From an uncultured cyanobacterium (GTDB lineage Bacteria > Cyanobacteriota > Cyanobacteriia > Cyanobacteriales > CAWCAG01): 64,000 bases of DNA. Position numbers and translations under genes: made by a program. Positions 30,245-40,783 of this stretch are shown piece after piece. The notes below the pieces were generated by a model. The model saw nothing but the letters and a program-made list of their open reading frames with translations. It was not told the DNA's origin and did no database searches. Each line of letters starts with the position of its first letter. Position 1 is the stretch's first letter. The stretch is from the NCBI GenBank assembly GCA_963803805.1, contig CAWDOD010000011.1:576001-640000 (forward strand), in the 5' to 3' direction.

Positions 30245-31210
30245 ATGGAATGGACTCCGGTACTAATTGAGAAAAAAATCAAAATTGATTTTAAAGACAA
30301 GGAACTCCTACGTTTAGCATTAATGCACAAATCCTATGCTCAATTAATTGGTGATCCTGAAGGCAATAATCAGCGTTTAGAATTTTTAGGAGAAACGCTC
30401 TTTAACTTAATAATTACTGATTATTTTTATCATAATTTTGGTTATATGGAAATCAATAAGCTCAAAGCTGTTCGGGAAAAACTGACAGCAGGAGAGCGGC
30501 TGACTAAATTATGGTATAACTTGGACTTAGGAGAAGCTTATCCTTTTTTAGGTCTAAAAGAGGAAAGGCATCGTTTGCGAGTTAAGCCTCAAAATCCTTT
30601 TGCCGATGCTTTAGAAGCATTAATAGCGGCAATTTCTTTAGATAGAGGTTTCTCTCAAGCCCGTAATTGGAGTGTTAAGAATTTAATTGCCCCTGTATTA
30701 GAAAAGCACCTCCAAGATGATCAAGAACGTCTTGACCCCCAAAAGCAACGTAACTTGCTGAGTAATGCCCTCTTAAAAGCAATTGTTAGCAACTATTTGT
30801 ACAATAATTTCCCTAGTGTAGAAGTAAAAAGACTGAAGGGATTATGTAAAGAAATAACAGCCAGCCAAGCTATAGCTGAATACAATAATCAGCTCAAACC
30901 AGAAGACTTAACTATATTAGAAGAAAAGCCAGAAAAGGTTCCTGATAAACCATTTAAGGCTTTATTAGCAGCAATTTACTTAGACTATAATGCTACTAAT
31001 ACTAAAAGTAGTTTTAACCGAACTAGTGAATGGTTTATAAATAAGTTTATTGATCAAGAAGACTTGTTGCGTAGGACTATTTTGTTATTACTCAAAGATG
31101 AAAAACCACAAAAATGGATTATTCACAATGTGATGGGTTACGAAAGCAGGGATTATCATGCAGGAAGGGATCGTTTCAATGAATTGGTTGGAGAGAAAAT
31201 AGAAACTTGA
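30245..31210 (+). CDS. Ribonuclease III domain protein without dsRBD, with a second degenerate RNase III-like half
   Basis: ALMHKSY, NQRLEFLGE, ADALEALIAAI; second half repeats IVSNYLY and FKALLAAIYLD. Confidence 0.8.
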   Translation: MEWTPVLIEKKIKIDFKDKELLRLALMHKSYAQLIGDPEGNNQRLEFLGETLFNLIITDYFYHNFGYMEINKLKAVREKLTAGERLTKLWYNLDLGEAYPFLGLKEERHRLRVKPQNPFADALEALIAAISLDRGFSQARNWSVKNLIAPVLEKHLQDDQERLDPQKQRNLLSNALLKAIVSNYLYNNFPSVEVKRLKGLCKEITASQAIAEYNNQLKPEDLTILEEKPEKVPDKPFKALLAAIYLDYNATNTKSSFNRTSEWFINKFIDQEDLLRRTILLLLKDEKPQKWIIHNVMGYESRDYHAGRDRFNELVGEKIET

Positions 31211-31320
31211 TAAGCTGTTACCCTTCTAAACGACATATTATTTAGTTAAAAGTTATTTTTGTAAACATTGCAACAATTGGGAAATATTCTTACCTAACCC
31301 CCTCTACGCTTCAACAATTA

Positions 31321-32580
31321 TCAATTGGCTAAATCTGCCTGTAAAAAATCTACAAACTGCCTTGCAGAACGTCCTGAACGCCCGTTATGCCTAGTCGCCC
31401 ATTGTTTTGCGCGGTATTCTAACTCCTCTGAAGGGAGTTTGATTGCTGCTTCCGTGGCTAAATGGTGAACAATGGTGAGATAGGTATTTTGATTCGCAGG
31501 TTCAAAGGTTAATGTTAAACCGAAGCGATCGCTAAAAGATAGTTTTTCTTGCATAGTATCCCAACTATGAACTTCATCATTATCTCTAGGACGAGGGCGA
31601 TCAGCAAAAAACTCTCTAATTAGATGTCTGCGGTTGGAAGTGGCGTAAACCACAACATTATTAGCCCTGGCGGTGACACTACCTTCTAAAACAACTTTCA
31701 AAGCTTTGAATGCGTCATCATCTTCTTCAAAGGAAAGATCATCAACAAAGATGATGAATTTTTGAGGTAAGGGACGCAATCTCTCTACAATTAAGGGTAA
31801 ATCCTGCAATTGCAACTTACTCACCTCAATTAAGCGTAAACCGCGATCGCCATACTTTTGTAATAATCCCTTAACCAAGGAGGATTTACCTGAACCTCGA
31901 CTACCATAAAGAATGACGTGGAGGGCATTATAGCCGTTGAGGAGGAATTCTGTATTTTTTAGCAAAGCCTCTTTTTGAGACTCATAACCCACCAGGGAGT
32001 TTAAGCTAGTGGGATCAGGATTGGAGATACCAACTAAATCACCTTGTTGCCAAGTTAAGGCGCGATATTTTCCGAACAAACCAGTACCATATTTGCGGTA
32101 GTAACTAGCTAATTCGGCTAAAGCATCTGCCCAATTCTCTTGTTGGGATAAGCAAGTTTTAGTTTTATTAGTTTCTTGCCAAGTAACAGGTTGTTTTGGT
32201 AATTCAGCAACCTCCTTTACCCACAAACTCAACTGTTCCCCTGAACAATCATAAACACTTTGCAAGACTTGTAAATCATGCTTCGCTGCGGTTAATAAAG
32301 CAGGAGATAAATCTATAAGGGGGCGTTTTTGTACTCCTTGAGAAAAAGGGTTATCATCCTCAAGGATTTGTTGAATCAAGTAATCTTGCCAACTTTGTTC
32401 TGTGGTTGCTAAAAGCTGAAACCACTTTCCATAAGCTTGTAAGCAAGAAAGAGGATTTGTGGTTTGCTGTTGTATTGTTTCGAGTAAATTCAGAAATGCT
32501 TCCCCGATGGCATCGCTAAATACAGATCGATATAAAAGTAGAGAGGCAATTTTTTGTTGCAGGGCTTTACTTGAGGTCAT
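31321..32580 (-). CDS. DUF815 family AAA+ ATPase
   Basis: Walker A GSRGSGKSS, FVDDLSF, YATSNRRHL, SDRFGL, GRSGRSA. Confidence 0.9.
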   Translation of the reverse strand: MTSSKALQQKIASLLLYRSVFSDAIGEAFLNLLETIQQQTTNPLSCLQAYGKWFQLLATTEQSWQDYLIQQILEDDNPFSQGVQKRPLIDLSPALLTAAKHDLQVLQSVYDCSGEQLSLWVKEVAELPKQPVTWQETNKTKTCLSQQENWADALAELASYYRKYGTGLFGKYRALTWQQGDLVGISNPDPTSLNSLVGYESQKEALLKNTEFLLNGYNALHVILYGSRGSGKSSLVKGLLQKYGDRGLRLIEVSKLQLQDLPLIVERLRPLPQKFIIFVDDLSFEEDDDAFKALKVVLEGSVTARANNVVVYATSNRRHLIREFFADRPRPRDNDEVHSWDTMQEKLSFSDRFGLTLTFEPANQNTYLTIVHHLATEAAIKLPSEELEYRAKQWATRHNGRSGRSARQFVDFLQADLAN

Positions 32581-32593
32581 GTTTTGATTTGAA

Positions 32594-32696
32594 CCCTTGA
32601 ATTTCTACTTAAAAACCACTCTAAGAGTAAGAATACTTTTAAAAAGCTCTTTTTAAGACGCACCTTTTCCACCATATACATAATATCACCTTAAGG
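32594..32696 (-). repeat. Copy 2 of the inverted repeat pair; positioned as promoter/leader of the DUF815 gene
   Basis: CGCACCTTTTCCACCATATACATAATATCACCT at 32659-32691, about 80 bp upstream of the ATG at 32580. Confidence 0.85.
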
Positions 32697-32844
32697 AAGA
32701 AAAAAGCGGATGCTTTCCAAGCAGCAAGACTTTTCGTTATCTTGAAAGTAAACATATCAATCCTCAAAACTTGCTCTCGAAATCAGGAAATCGACCTCTC
32801 TAAGATGAAGAATACCTTAAGCCAAATACACTGATATTGTAGAA

Positions 32845-33714
32845 ATGAAATCAATCAAACGACTTACTGGCATTCTCTTGGGGCTATCCCTACTGACAAC
32901 CCCTGTGTTAGCTGCCACAGAAATAGAAACTAGCGGCGAACCCATTCTTAATCAGGAACTAACCGATGGTAAAGTGCGGGTTATTGTCAACTACGAACCC
33001 ACAGAAAACAGGTTTGAAACCCCCCTAGCTTATCAGATATTTCAGGGCGATACCCTTTATATAGACAGTGCTTCAGAAGGCGCAGGCTACGGTTCTGTCA
33101 AACTAGATGACATCAACAACGATGGAACCAATGAAGTAATTATCCAAACCTACTCTGGCGGCGCTCATTGCTGTACTACCTTTTCAATTTACACTTGGCA
33201 GGGAGATGACTTTGTAGCAGAAACGACAGGCTATCTTGATGGTGGTGGTGGTAGTTTTGAGGATCTTGATGGTGATGGTACAAAAGAGTTCCAGACTTTA
33301 GATAATGCCTTCTTCTACGCTTTTGATAGCTATGCGGGGTCATTTCCTCCCTCAATGATTTTGTCCCTGGAAAATGGACAATTTGTCGATGTCACCAAGC
33401 AATTTCGCCAAAAGCTCAAAGGCCATGCTTGGCAAATGTTTCAAGCTATCCGGGAAAGCCAAGCCCAAGGCTACGGAGCAAATGGTATTTTAGCTGGGTA
33501 TGTGGCTCAAAAGATTTTGTTGGGTGAGTTTGATCAAGGTTGGGAATTTATGCTTGCTAACTATGATCACACCTCTGATTGGGGACTCAAAATTTACAAT
33601 GATCAAAGTGAGGTGATCGGGACTTATACTGATTTTCCCACTGCGCTTCGAGTTTTTCTGATTGATTTGGGATATCTGTTACCCGATGGTACTCCTAACC
33701 CAAATCGAGGCTAA
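32845..33714 (+). CDS. Secreted hypothetical protein with YSGGAHCC motif and DxDxDG loops, paralog 1
   Basis: Signal peptide ending VLA; DINNDGTNE and DLDGDGTKE loops. Confidence 0.75.
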   Translation: MKSIKRLTGILLGLSLLTTPVLAATEIETSGEPILNQELTDGKVRVIVNYEPTENRFETPLAYQIFQGDTLYIDSASEGAGYGSVKLDDINNDGTNEVIIQTYSGGAHCCTTFSIYTWQGDDFVAETTGYLDGGGGSFEDLDGDGTKEFQTLDNAFFYAFDSYAGSFPPSMILSLENGQFVDVTKQFRQKLKGHAWQMFQAIRESQAQGYGANGILAGYVAQKILLGEFDQGWEFMLANYDHTSDWGLKIYNDQSEVIGTYTDFPTALRVFLIDLGYLLPDGTPNPNRG

Positions 33715-33764
33715 ATACTAAACAAAAGAATATCTTTAGCTAAATACCCTTACATTATTTAGAG

Positions 33765-34652
33765 ATGAAATCGATAAGACGACTCCCTGGAATACTTTTT
33801 GGGCTATCTGTACTAACTACCCCTCCTGCTTTAGCTGCCACAGAAATAGAATTTAATCACAGAACTCCTGTTATCAATCAAGAACTAACTGACGGTACAG
33901 TGCGAGTTATTTTCAGCTACGAAGAAACAGAAAATAACTTTGATACACCATTAACTTATCAGATATTTCATGGTGATACCCTTTATGTTGACACTGCCTC
34001 AGAAGGAACATCTCGCGGTTCCGTCAAACTTGACGACATCAACAACGATGGAACCAATGAAGTAATTATCCAAACCTACTCTGGCGGCGCTCATTGTTGC
34101 ACCAACTTTTCAATTTACACTTGGCAGGGAGATGACTTTGTAGCAGAATCCACAGGCTATCTTGATGGTGGTGGGGGAGAATTTAAGGATCTTGACGATA
34201 ACATTACTAAAGAGTTTGACAGTTCAGATAATGCTTTTTTATATGCCTTTAGCGGTTATGCTGTCTCGTTTCCTCCCTCAATGATCTTGTCCCTGGAAAA
34301 TGGGCAGTTTGTCGATGTCACCCAACAGTTTCCCCAAAAGTTAAAAAGCCGTGTTTGGCAAATGTTTCTAGCTATCCGAGAACTTCAAGCTCAAGGCTAC
34401 GGAGTAAATGGTATTTTAGCAGGCTATGTGGCTCAAAAGATTTTGTTGGGTGAGTTTGATCAAGGTTGGGAATTTATGCTTGCTAACTATGATCACACCT
34501 CTGATTGGGGACTCGAAATTTACAACGATCAAGGTGAGGTGATCGGGACTTATGCTGATTTTCCCACTGCGCTTCGAGTTTTTCTGATTGATTTGGGATA
34601 TCTATTACCCGATGGTACTCCTAACCCAAACCCCAACCGAAGCAAAGTGTAG
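33765..34652 (+). CDS. Secreted hypothetical protein with YSGGAHCC motif, tandem paralog 2
   Basis: Long near-identical nucleotide stretches shared with 32845-33714. Confidence 0.75.
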   Translation: MKSIRRLPGILFGLSVLTTPPALAATEIEFNHRTPVINQELTDGTVRVIFSYEETENNFDTPLTYQIFHGDTLYVDTASEGTSRGSVKLDDINNDGTNEVIIQTYSGGAHCCTNFSIYTWQGDDFVAESTGYLDGGGGEFKDLDDNITKEFDSSDNAFLYAFSGYAVSFPPSMILSLENGQFVDVTQQFPQKLKSRVWQMFLAIRELQAQGYGVNGILAGYVAQKILLGEFDQGWEFMLANYDHTSDWGLEIYNDQGEVIGTYADFPTALRVFLIDLGYLLPDGTPNPNPNRSKV

Positions 34653-34891
34653 AAGCCTATAACTCCCTAAATTGAAAATGAAAATTTGTTGAGGTGCGAT
34701 CGCAACAGTTTTTATGCAGCAGTACTTTGAGCCAGGGGCTTTTCACAAGAATGAGAACAAGAGATGTTTTAATAATCCTTAACCATTCTTTCTCACATAA
34801 ATGCTAAAATTGATTTAAGAAGAGCGGAAACAAAAAACCATCGGTTAGATTAGAACTGGGAAACTCCTTAGAGATAATGGAACCTTGAGAT

Positions 34892-35469
34892 ATGTCACTC
34901 TTCTACCTTTTATGCTTAATTCTTGGCGGAATCTTTGTTTTTCTAGCTGCTTTTGGAGGGCTTGATGGCATAGACTTTGACAATGATTTTGATGCAGATA
35001 TAGATGTTAAAGAGCCATCTCAAGGAAAAACATCTCCTCGAGGCGTATTTGGTTACCTTTTTTAAGTTTCAAGTTTTGGACATTTGGAGTCTGCTTTTTT
35101 GGACTTACGGGAGTACTACTTAATTGGCTACAACCCGATCTCAGCCCACCCATAGTTGCGTCAACATCTGCTGTTATCGGCTTAATCTGTGGCACTACCG
35201 TGGCTTGGGTGTTACATAGCTTGCGAAATGACACCGTTAATAGCCTTATGAGTGCAGAGGATTTAGTCGGTCTTTCTGGAACTGTGGAACTTCCTTTTGA
35301 TGTTAATAGTAGGGGTAAAGTACGGCTAGAATTTAATGGCTCAGCAATGGACTTAATTGCTTTTACTCAAGAGTCTCATCAATTTGTCAGAGGAGAAAGG
35401 GTGTTTGTGGTGGGTATGGAAGAAAACCGAGTTTGGGTTGTCTCAGAAGATGCTCTTAAGCAGTCCTGA
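34892..35469 (+). pseudogene. NfeD-like membrane protein, frameshifted near 35040
   Basis: MSLFYLLCLILGGIFVFLAAFGGLDG from ATG 34892 joins IWLPFLSFKFWTFG...GTVELPF...GKVRL in another frame; directly upstream of flotillins. Confidence 0.8.
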
Positions 35470-35511
35470 GTAATTAACGTTTATCAATCACCTAAAATTA
35501 ACTTTTCAGCT

Positions 35512-36850
35512 ATGACACACTTTCAATCATTTAATCACGATCAGCAATCTTTAGTGGCTCAAGTGGATATCACCCCATCGGTAGTTGCTTCCTAGCAGAA
35601 GAAAATTACATCGGGGCAACATTACCGATCGCTTTAGGGTTATTCGGTTTGATTTTGCTAATCTGGTTTCTCAATACCTTCTTGCAAATTCGCAAACCAA
35701 ATGAAATCTTAGTGCTTTCTGGTCGCAAACACAAAACCAATAATGGTAAAACCGTCGGTTATCGAGTTATTAGTGGCGGCAGTACTATTTGCGTCCCCTT
35801 CCTCGAACAAGTAAAGCGTATGGACTTAACCACTATGCCTGTGCCTGTGGAAGTGACAAATGCTTATTCTAAGGGAGGAACACCTTTAAATATTCAGGCT
35901 GTTGCTAACGTCAAAATCTCTAGTGACCCCGGTATGTAGGTAATGCTATTGAACGTTTTTTAGACCGCGATCGCAAAGAAATTGTGCGGGTTGCTAGGGA
36001 AACATTAGAAGGAAATTTACGAGGTGTGGTAGCCACCCTAACCCCAGAGCAGTTGAATGAAGATCGCCTGAGATTTGCTGAACGCATTGCCGAGGATGTT
36101 TCCCGTGACTTAACCAAACTCGGTTTACACATTGATACCCTGAAAGTTCAAAGTGTTTCTGATGATGTAGAATATCTCAACTCCATTGGCAGACAGCAAA
36201 TTGCTTTAATCGTGCGGGATGCAGAAATGGCAGAATCCGATGCGATTGCAGAGGCAGAACAAATTGAGTCGGACACTGAACGAACCTCAAAAGTTGCTCA
36301 AACCAAAGCTCGTACTGTTATTCAAGAAAAAGAAAACGAACTCCGCAAAGTTAAAGCTGGGTTGGAACAAAAAGCCCGTTCCGAGGAAGAGCGTACCTTG
36401 GCAGCAGCGAAAGAGGCAAGGGCGAGGGCAGAACAACAACTGCAAACCGTTAGAGCAGAATTAGAACGTTTGCGCTTAAAAGTAGAGGAAATTCTCCCAG
36501 CAGAAGCACAACAACAAGCAGAGGAGTTAAAGGCGAAAGGAGAAGCTTCTGTGTTGGCAGAAAATGCCAAGGCAGCAGCGATGGTTAACGAAATGCTTTC
36601 TCAAGTTTGGCAAGAGTCAGGGAGTGATGCTTCGGAATTGTTCTTTATTCAACAAATTGAAACTGTTCTCCGGGATGCAGCCAAAATTCCTGGTCGCATC
36701 CATCTGCAAAATGTCAATGTCATCGATAACGGCGACGGTAAATCCATTGCCAGCTTGGTTAACGCTTACCCAGAAATTGTCCGCAGGTTCCTTGATCAGG
36801 TTAATGACACCCTTGGTATTGATGTTTTGGGAACACTGAAGGATAAATGA
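35512..36850 (+). pseudogene. Flotillin/SPFH family protein 1, two frameshifts (about 35575-35590 and 35930)
   Basis: PNEILVLSGR, AYSKGGTPL, VANVKISSDP / GNAIERFL, ETLEGNLRGV distributed over three ORF segments. Confidence 0.85.
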
Positions 36851-36988
36851 TCAGTGAACAATGATGTCTTCGACAAGGGTAAGCCCTACAGTTATCAATG
36901 ATCAGTAATTTCTTGGTTAGACCTTATTCTCTATTAGGTTGCCCTAAAGAGTTCAATTAAAAAGTAGCAAAATTGGAGAAAATCAATT

Positions 36989-38510
36989 ATGTTGGGAACA
37001 TTAATTGCCTTACTAGCTAGTTTAGGGAGTTGGTACAGGTGCAATTGTTTTGGTTATTAAGAACCTTTTGTATATTTGTCAGCCTAATGAAGTTTTGATT
37101 TTTGCTGGTACTAGTCGCAAATATGAGAGAAGATTTTCGGCTATCGTACCGTTAAAGGCGGCCGTAGTATTCGCACCCCCATCTTTGAACGGGCTTATAA
37201 GATGGACTTGACCAATATGATTATTGATTTAAAGGTTGCTAATGCTTACTCTAAAGGGGGCATTCCTTTAACAGTAAATGGAGTTGCTAATATTAAAATT
37301 GCTGGGGAAGAACCGACTATTCACAATGCCATCGAACGGCTTTTAGGTAAGACTCGTAAGCAAATTGAAACCATTGCTAGGGAAACTTTAGAAGGGAATC
37401 TGCGGGGGGTTTTGTCTTCCCTAACTCCAGAACAGGTTAATGAAGATAAGATTGCTTTTGCCCAAAGTTTGTTAGAAGAAGCAGAAGATGATTTAGAAAA
37501 ATTGGGGTTACTTTTGGATAACCTACAAATCCAAAATATCTCCGATGATGTGGGATATTTAGATTCTCTAGGACGTAAGCAAGGTGCGGAATTAGTTAGA
37601 GATGCAAGAATTGCTGAAGCCCAGGCCCATGCAGAATCAGTAATTCAACAAGCTGAAAATGACCGCAAAACTTCTATCAAACGCATCGAAACACAAATTG
37701 AAATTGCTAGGGCAGAGGCAGAAAGAAGGGTTCAAGATGCTTTGACTAAGCGTAAGGCAGTAGTCGCAGAATCAGAGTCTCAAATTGCGTCAGAATTAGC
37801 AAGAACCCAAGCGGATTTGTTGGTACAAGCAGAACGGATCAAACAGGTGGAACAGCAACTACAAGCGGATGTAGTAGCCCCGGCAGAAGCAGGTTGCCAA
37901 GCGGGCGATCGCCCAGGCGAGAGGTAAGGCTGCAAGTATTATTGAAGATGGTAAAGCCCAAGCAGAGGGTACAAAACGCCTTGCTGAATCTTGGCAACAA
38001 GCAGGGGCAAATGCTAGGGAAATCTTCTTGTTTCAAAAGCTGGAAACCCTTTTAAACACCATGGTTACTTCTGTGCCAGAAGTAGATGTGCAACAGGTCA
38101 CTGTTATTGATGCCCAAGGCGGTACAACTGCGACGAAAACTGCTTCTTTTCTAGAACAGTTGCGTCAAACTACGGGTATAGATGTTACTGGGGTAGTTAA
38201 TCGCTTGGGAGGAGTAAGTTCTCAACTCGCCCCAACTATTCAAGATAATAATCTAGGTCAAGGTTCTAGTGAGGAAGCTACTCGTTTGTATGCAGAAGTA
38301 CAACAATTACTGAATAAGTTAGCAGAGAAAAATCCTTCTCAACATCAAACTGAGGAGACTGTTAAAAAGGTAATTAAACGCTCTCCCCAACTTAAAAGTC
38401 GTTTAAGAAGAGCATTAGAAGCAGGGGGGGATGCTTCTATTGATATGCTATTTGAACATCCTTTGGTTAACATCCCCAACAAAATGATTGAGGCTTGGTT
38501 AGAAGAATAA
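36989..38510 (+). pseudogene. Flotillin/SPFH family protein 2, three frameshifts (about 37025, 37125, 37897)
   Basis: MLGTLIALLASL / YICQPNEVLIFAG / GYRTVKGGRS...AYSKGGIPL...ETLEGNLRGV / AIAQARGKAA...FQKLE. Confidence 0.85.
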
Positions 38511-38596
38511 AGTATAAGGCTGCGATCGCAATTAGGAAATTGCAGCAAGTAGAGAGTAATAATTTCTACTCCCTACTCCTTCAGCAGCAAAATCGC

Positions 38597-40465
38597 CTAA
38601 CCTTCAGGCAAATTAGCTTTTCCTAATAATTCTTGCAATTCTTCTCCTTCAATTACTTCTTGTTCTAGGATATTTTGGGCGATCGCTTCTAATAAGTCTC
38701 GGTTTCCTTTGAGAATATGCAAAGCTTTTTGATGCCCGCCTTCAACAATATCTTTCACTTCTTGGTCAATTGCTAAAGCTGTCTCATCACTAACATAGCG
38801 GCGAGGGTTCATCATGCCCCCTTCCCCTAAAAAGCTGTTTTGTTGCCCTTTTTCATAGGCCAAAGGTCCGAGAACTTTACTCATACCGTAGGTTGTAACC
38901 ATGCGTTCAGCTAAATCTGTAGCCCGTTGTAGGTCGTTTGCAGCCCCAGTGGTAATGCTATTGAAGACAACTTCTTCTGCTGCCCTTCCCCCCAACATAG
39001 TGGCAATTTGGTCCCGCAATTCCGATTCACTCATCAAAAAGCGGTCTTCTGTAGGCATTTGCAAGGTGTAACCCAAGGCAGCCATACCACGAGGCACAAT
39101 GGATATTTTAGAAACTTTGCCTCCCCCTGGCATCAATGCCCCCACTAAAGCGTGACCAACTTCATGGTAAGCAACAATCTTCTTCTCCTTTTCATTAAGG
39201 ACGCGGCTTTTCTTCTCTAAACCAGCCACAACCCGTTCAATTGCTTCTGCAAAGTCACTTTGACCAACCCTAGTTTTGCCTTCCCTTGCTGCTAGTAAGG
39301 CAGCTTCATTAACTAAGTTAGCAAGGTCTGCACCTGCAAAACCTGGGGTACGGGTAGCTAATTCCTTGAGGTTAACGTTGTCTCCTAATTTAACTTTTTG
39401 GGCATAGATTTCCAGAATTTTTAAACGTCCTGCTAAATCGGGTCTGTCTACCAAAACTTGGCGATCAAAGCGGCCAGGGCGTAATAAAGCTGGGTCAAGG
39501 GTTTCCGGGCGGTTAGTGGCAGCAAGAACAATTACTGTAGCATCTCCGGCAGAGAAGCCGTCCATTTCTGTCAGCAATTGGTTTAGGGTTTGTTCCCTCT
39601 CATCGTTGCCCCCCATAAAACCATTGCCCCCAGCACGAGATTTGCCAATGGCATCTAACTCATCAATAAAGATAATGCAGGGTGCTTTTTGCTTTGCCTG
39701 TTCAAATAAGTCCCTTACCCTAGCTGCACCAGCCCCCACAAATAGTTCTACAAATTCAGAACCGGAGATGCTAAAAAAGGAGACTCCAGCTTCACCTGCA
39801 ACAGCTTTAGCTAAAAGGGTTTTACCAGTTCCTGGCGGTCCTACTAATAATACTCCTCTCGGTATACGGGCCCCGATGTTGATGTAGCGTTGGGGATTTT
39901 TGAGAAATTCGACAATTTCTACTAATTCTGTTTTGGCTTCTTCTACTCCTGCAACATCTTCAAATGTGGTTTTAGTGTCATCGTCTTCTACATAAACTTT
40001 GGCTTTACTTTTATTAATTGACAAGGCTCCTTGAGGTCCGCCGCCTATTCCTCTTCCTAAGAATAATTGCCATATAGCCACAAAGATTAAAGGGGGAATT
40101 ACCCAACCTAGAATACGTCCAATCCAAGCAGTTCTAGAAGGAGGTGGTGCAGCAAACTCTACCCCTTTTTCTTCTAAGCGATTTGGTAATTCTAAATCTA
40201 AAATTGGGGTAGTTTCTAGTACTTGACCCTGCTCATTTTCTTCTCCTTGAATTTGATAGCGGATACGATTTTGTCCTAAAGAGACTCTTTCTACTTGCCC
40301 TTCTTCAACTTGGTCAATGAAGAAACTATAGGGTACTTGGGGAATTTGAGGTCCAAATAATGTTGGTAGAATTAGATTGGCCAGTAAGTAAATAGTTCCT
40401 AACCAAAATAGTATATTAGCTATGGGAGGAGTTCGTGGTCGTTTAGGTTTGTCTTTGACGCTCAT
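38597..40465 (-). CDS. ftsH: ATP-dependent zinc metalloprotease FtsH (FtsH4-like)
   Basis: GPPGTGKT, FIDELD, AATNRPETLDPALLRPGRFD, HEVGH. Confidence 0.97.
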   Translation of the reverse strand: MSVKDKPKRPRTPPIANILFWLGTIYLLANLILPTLFGPQIPQVPYSFFIDQVEEGQVERVSLGQNRIRYQIQGEENEQGQVLETTPILDLELPNRLEEKGVEFAAPPPSRTAWIGRILGWVIPPLIFVAIWQLFLGRGIGGGPQGALSINKSKAKVYVEDDDTKTTFEDVAGVEEAKTELVEIVEFLKNPQRYINIGARIPRGVLLVGPPGTGKTLLAKAVAGEAGVSFFSISGSEFVELFVGAGAARVRDLFEQAKQKAPCIIFIDELDAIGKSRAGGNGFMGGNDEREQTLNQLLTEMDGFSAGDATVIVLAATNRPETLDPALLRPGRFDRQVLVDRPDLAGRLKILEIYAQKVKLGDNVNLKELATRTPGFAGADLANLVNEAALLAAREGKTRVGQSDFAEAIERVVAGLEKKSRVLNEKEKKIVAYHEVGHALVGALMPGGGKVSKISIVPRGMAALGYTLQMPTEDRFLMSESELRDQIATMLGGRAAEEVVFNSITTGAANDLQRATDLAERMVTTYGMSKVLGPLAYEKGQQNSFLGEGGMMNPRRYVSDETALAIDQEVKDIVEGGHQKALHILKGNRDLLEAIAQNILEQEVIEGEELQELLGKANLPEG

Positions 40466-40649
40466 ACTTTAAATTTTGCTTGATAATTTCACTATTAATG
40501 ACAATGAAAACTGTTATATCTTTATTTTAAGTTGTCAGGGGATAACTTAAGTGATTAATTTGGCTTTGATAGCTGATAATTATGCCTTAAGAAAGGTAAT
40601 TATTTTTAAAAGTAGTTCTTAAGAAATAGAATTGCTCATCATCTAAGAA

Positions 40650-40783
40650 ATGAGCAGTTAGCCATTACCAAACTGCCTTCTTCCAACTCAAGTTTTTTAA
40701 AACTTTCAGCAATTCTAATCCAATCTAAATCCTTTAGGCAATGAGTTAAAATCAGAAATAGTTACTCCTAATTATTCAGCCAT
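40650..40783 (-). pseudogene. Possible C-terminal remnant of an ImmA/IrrE-family metallopeptidase
   Basis: With one stop and one frameshift reads MAE*LGVTISDLTHCLKDLDWIRIAES, resembling (from memory) the C-terminus of cyanobacterial ImmA/IrrE proteins that follow this XRE family. Confidence 0.45.
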
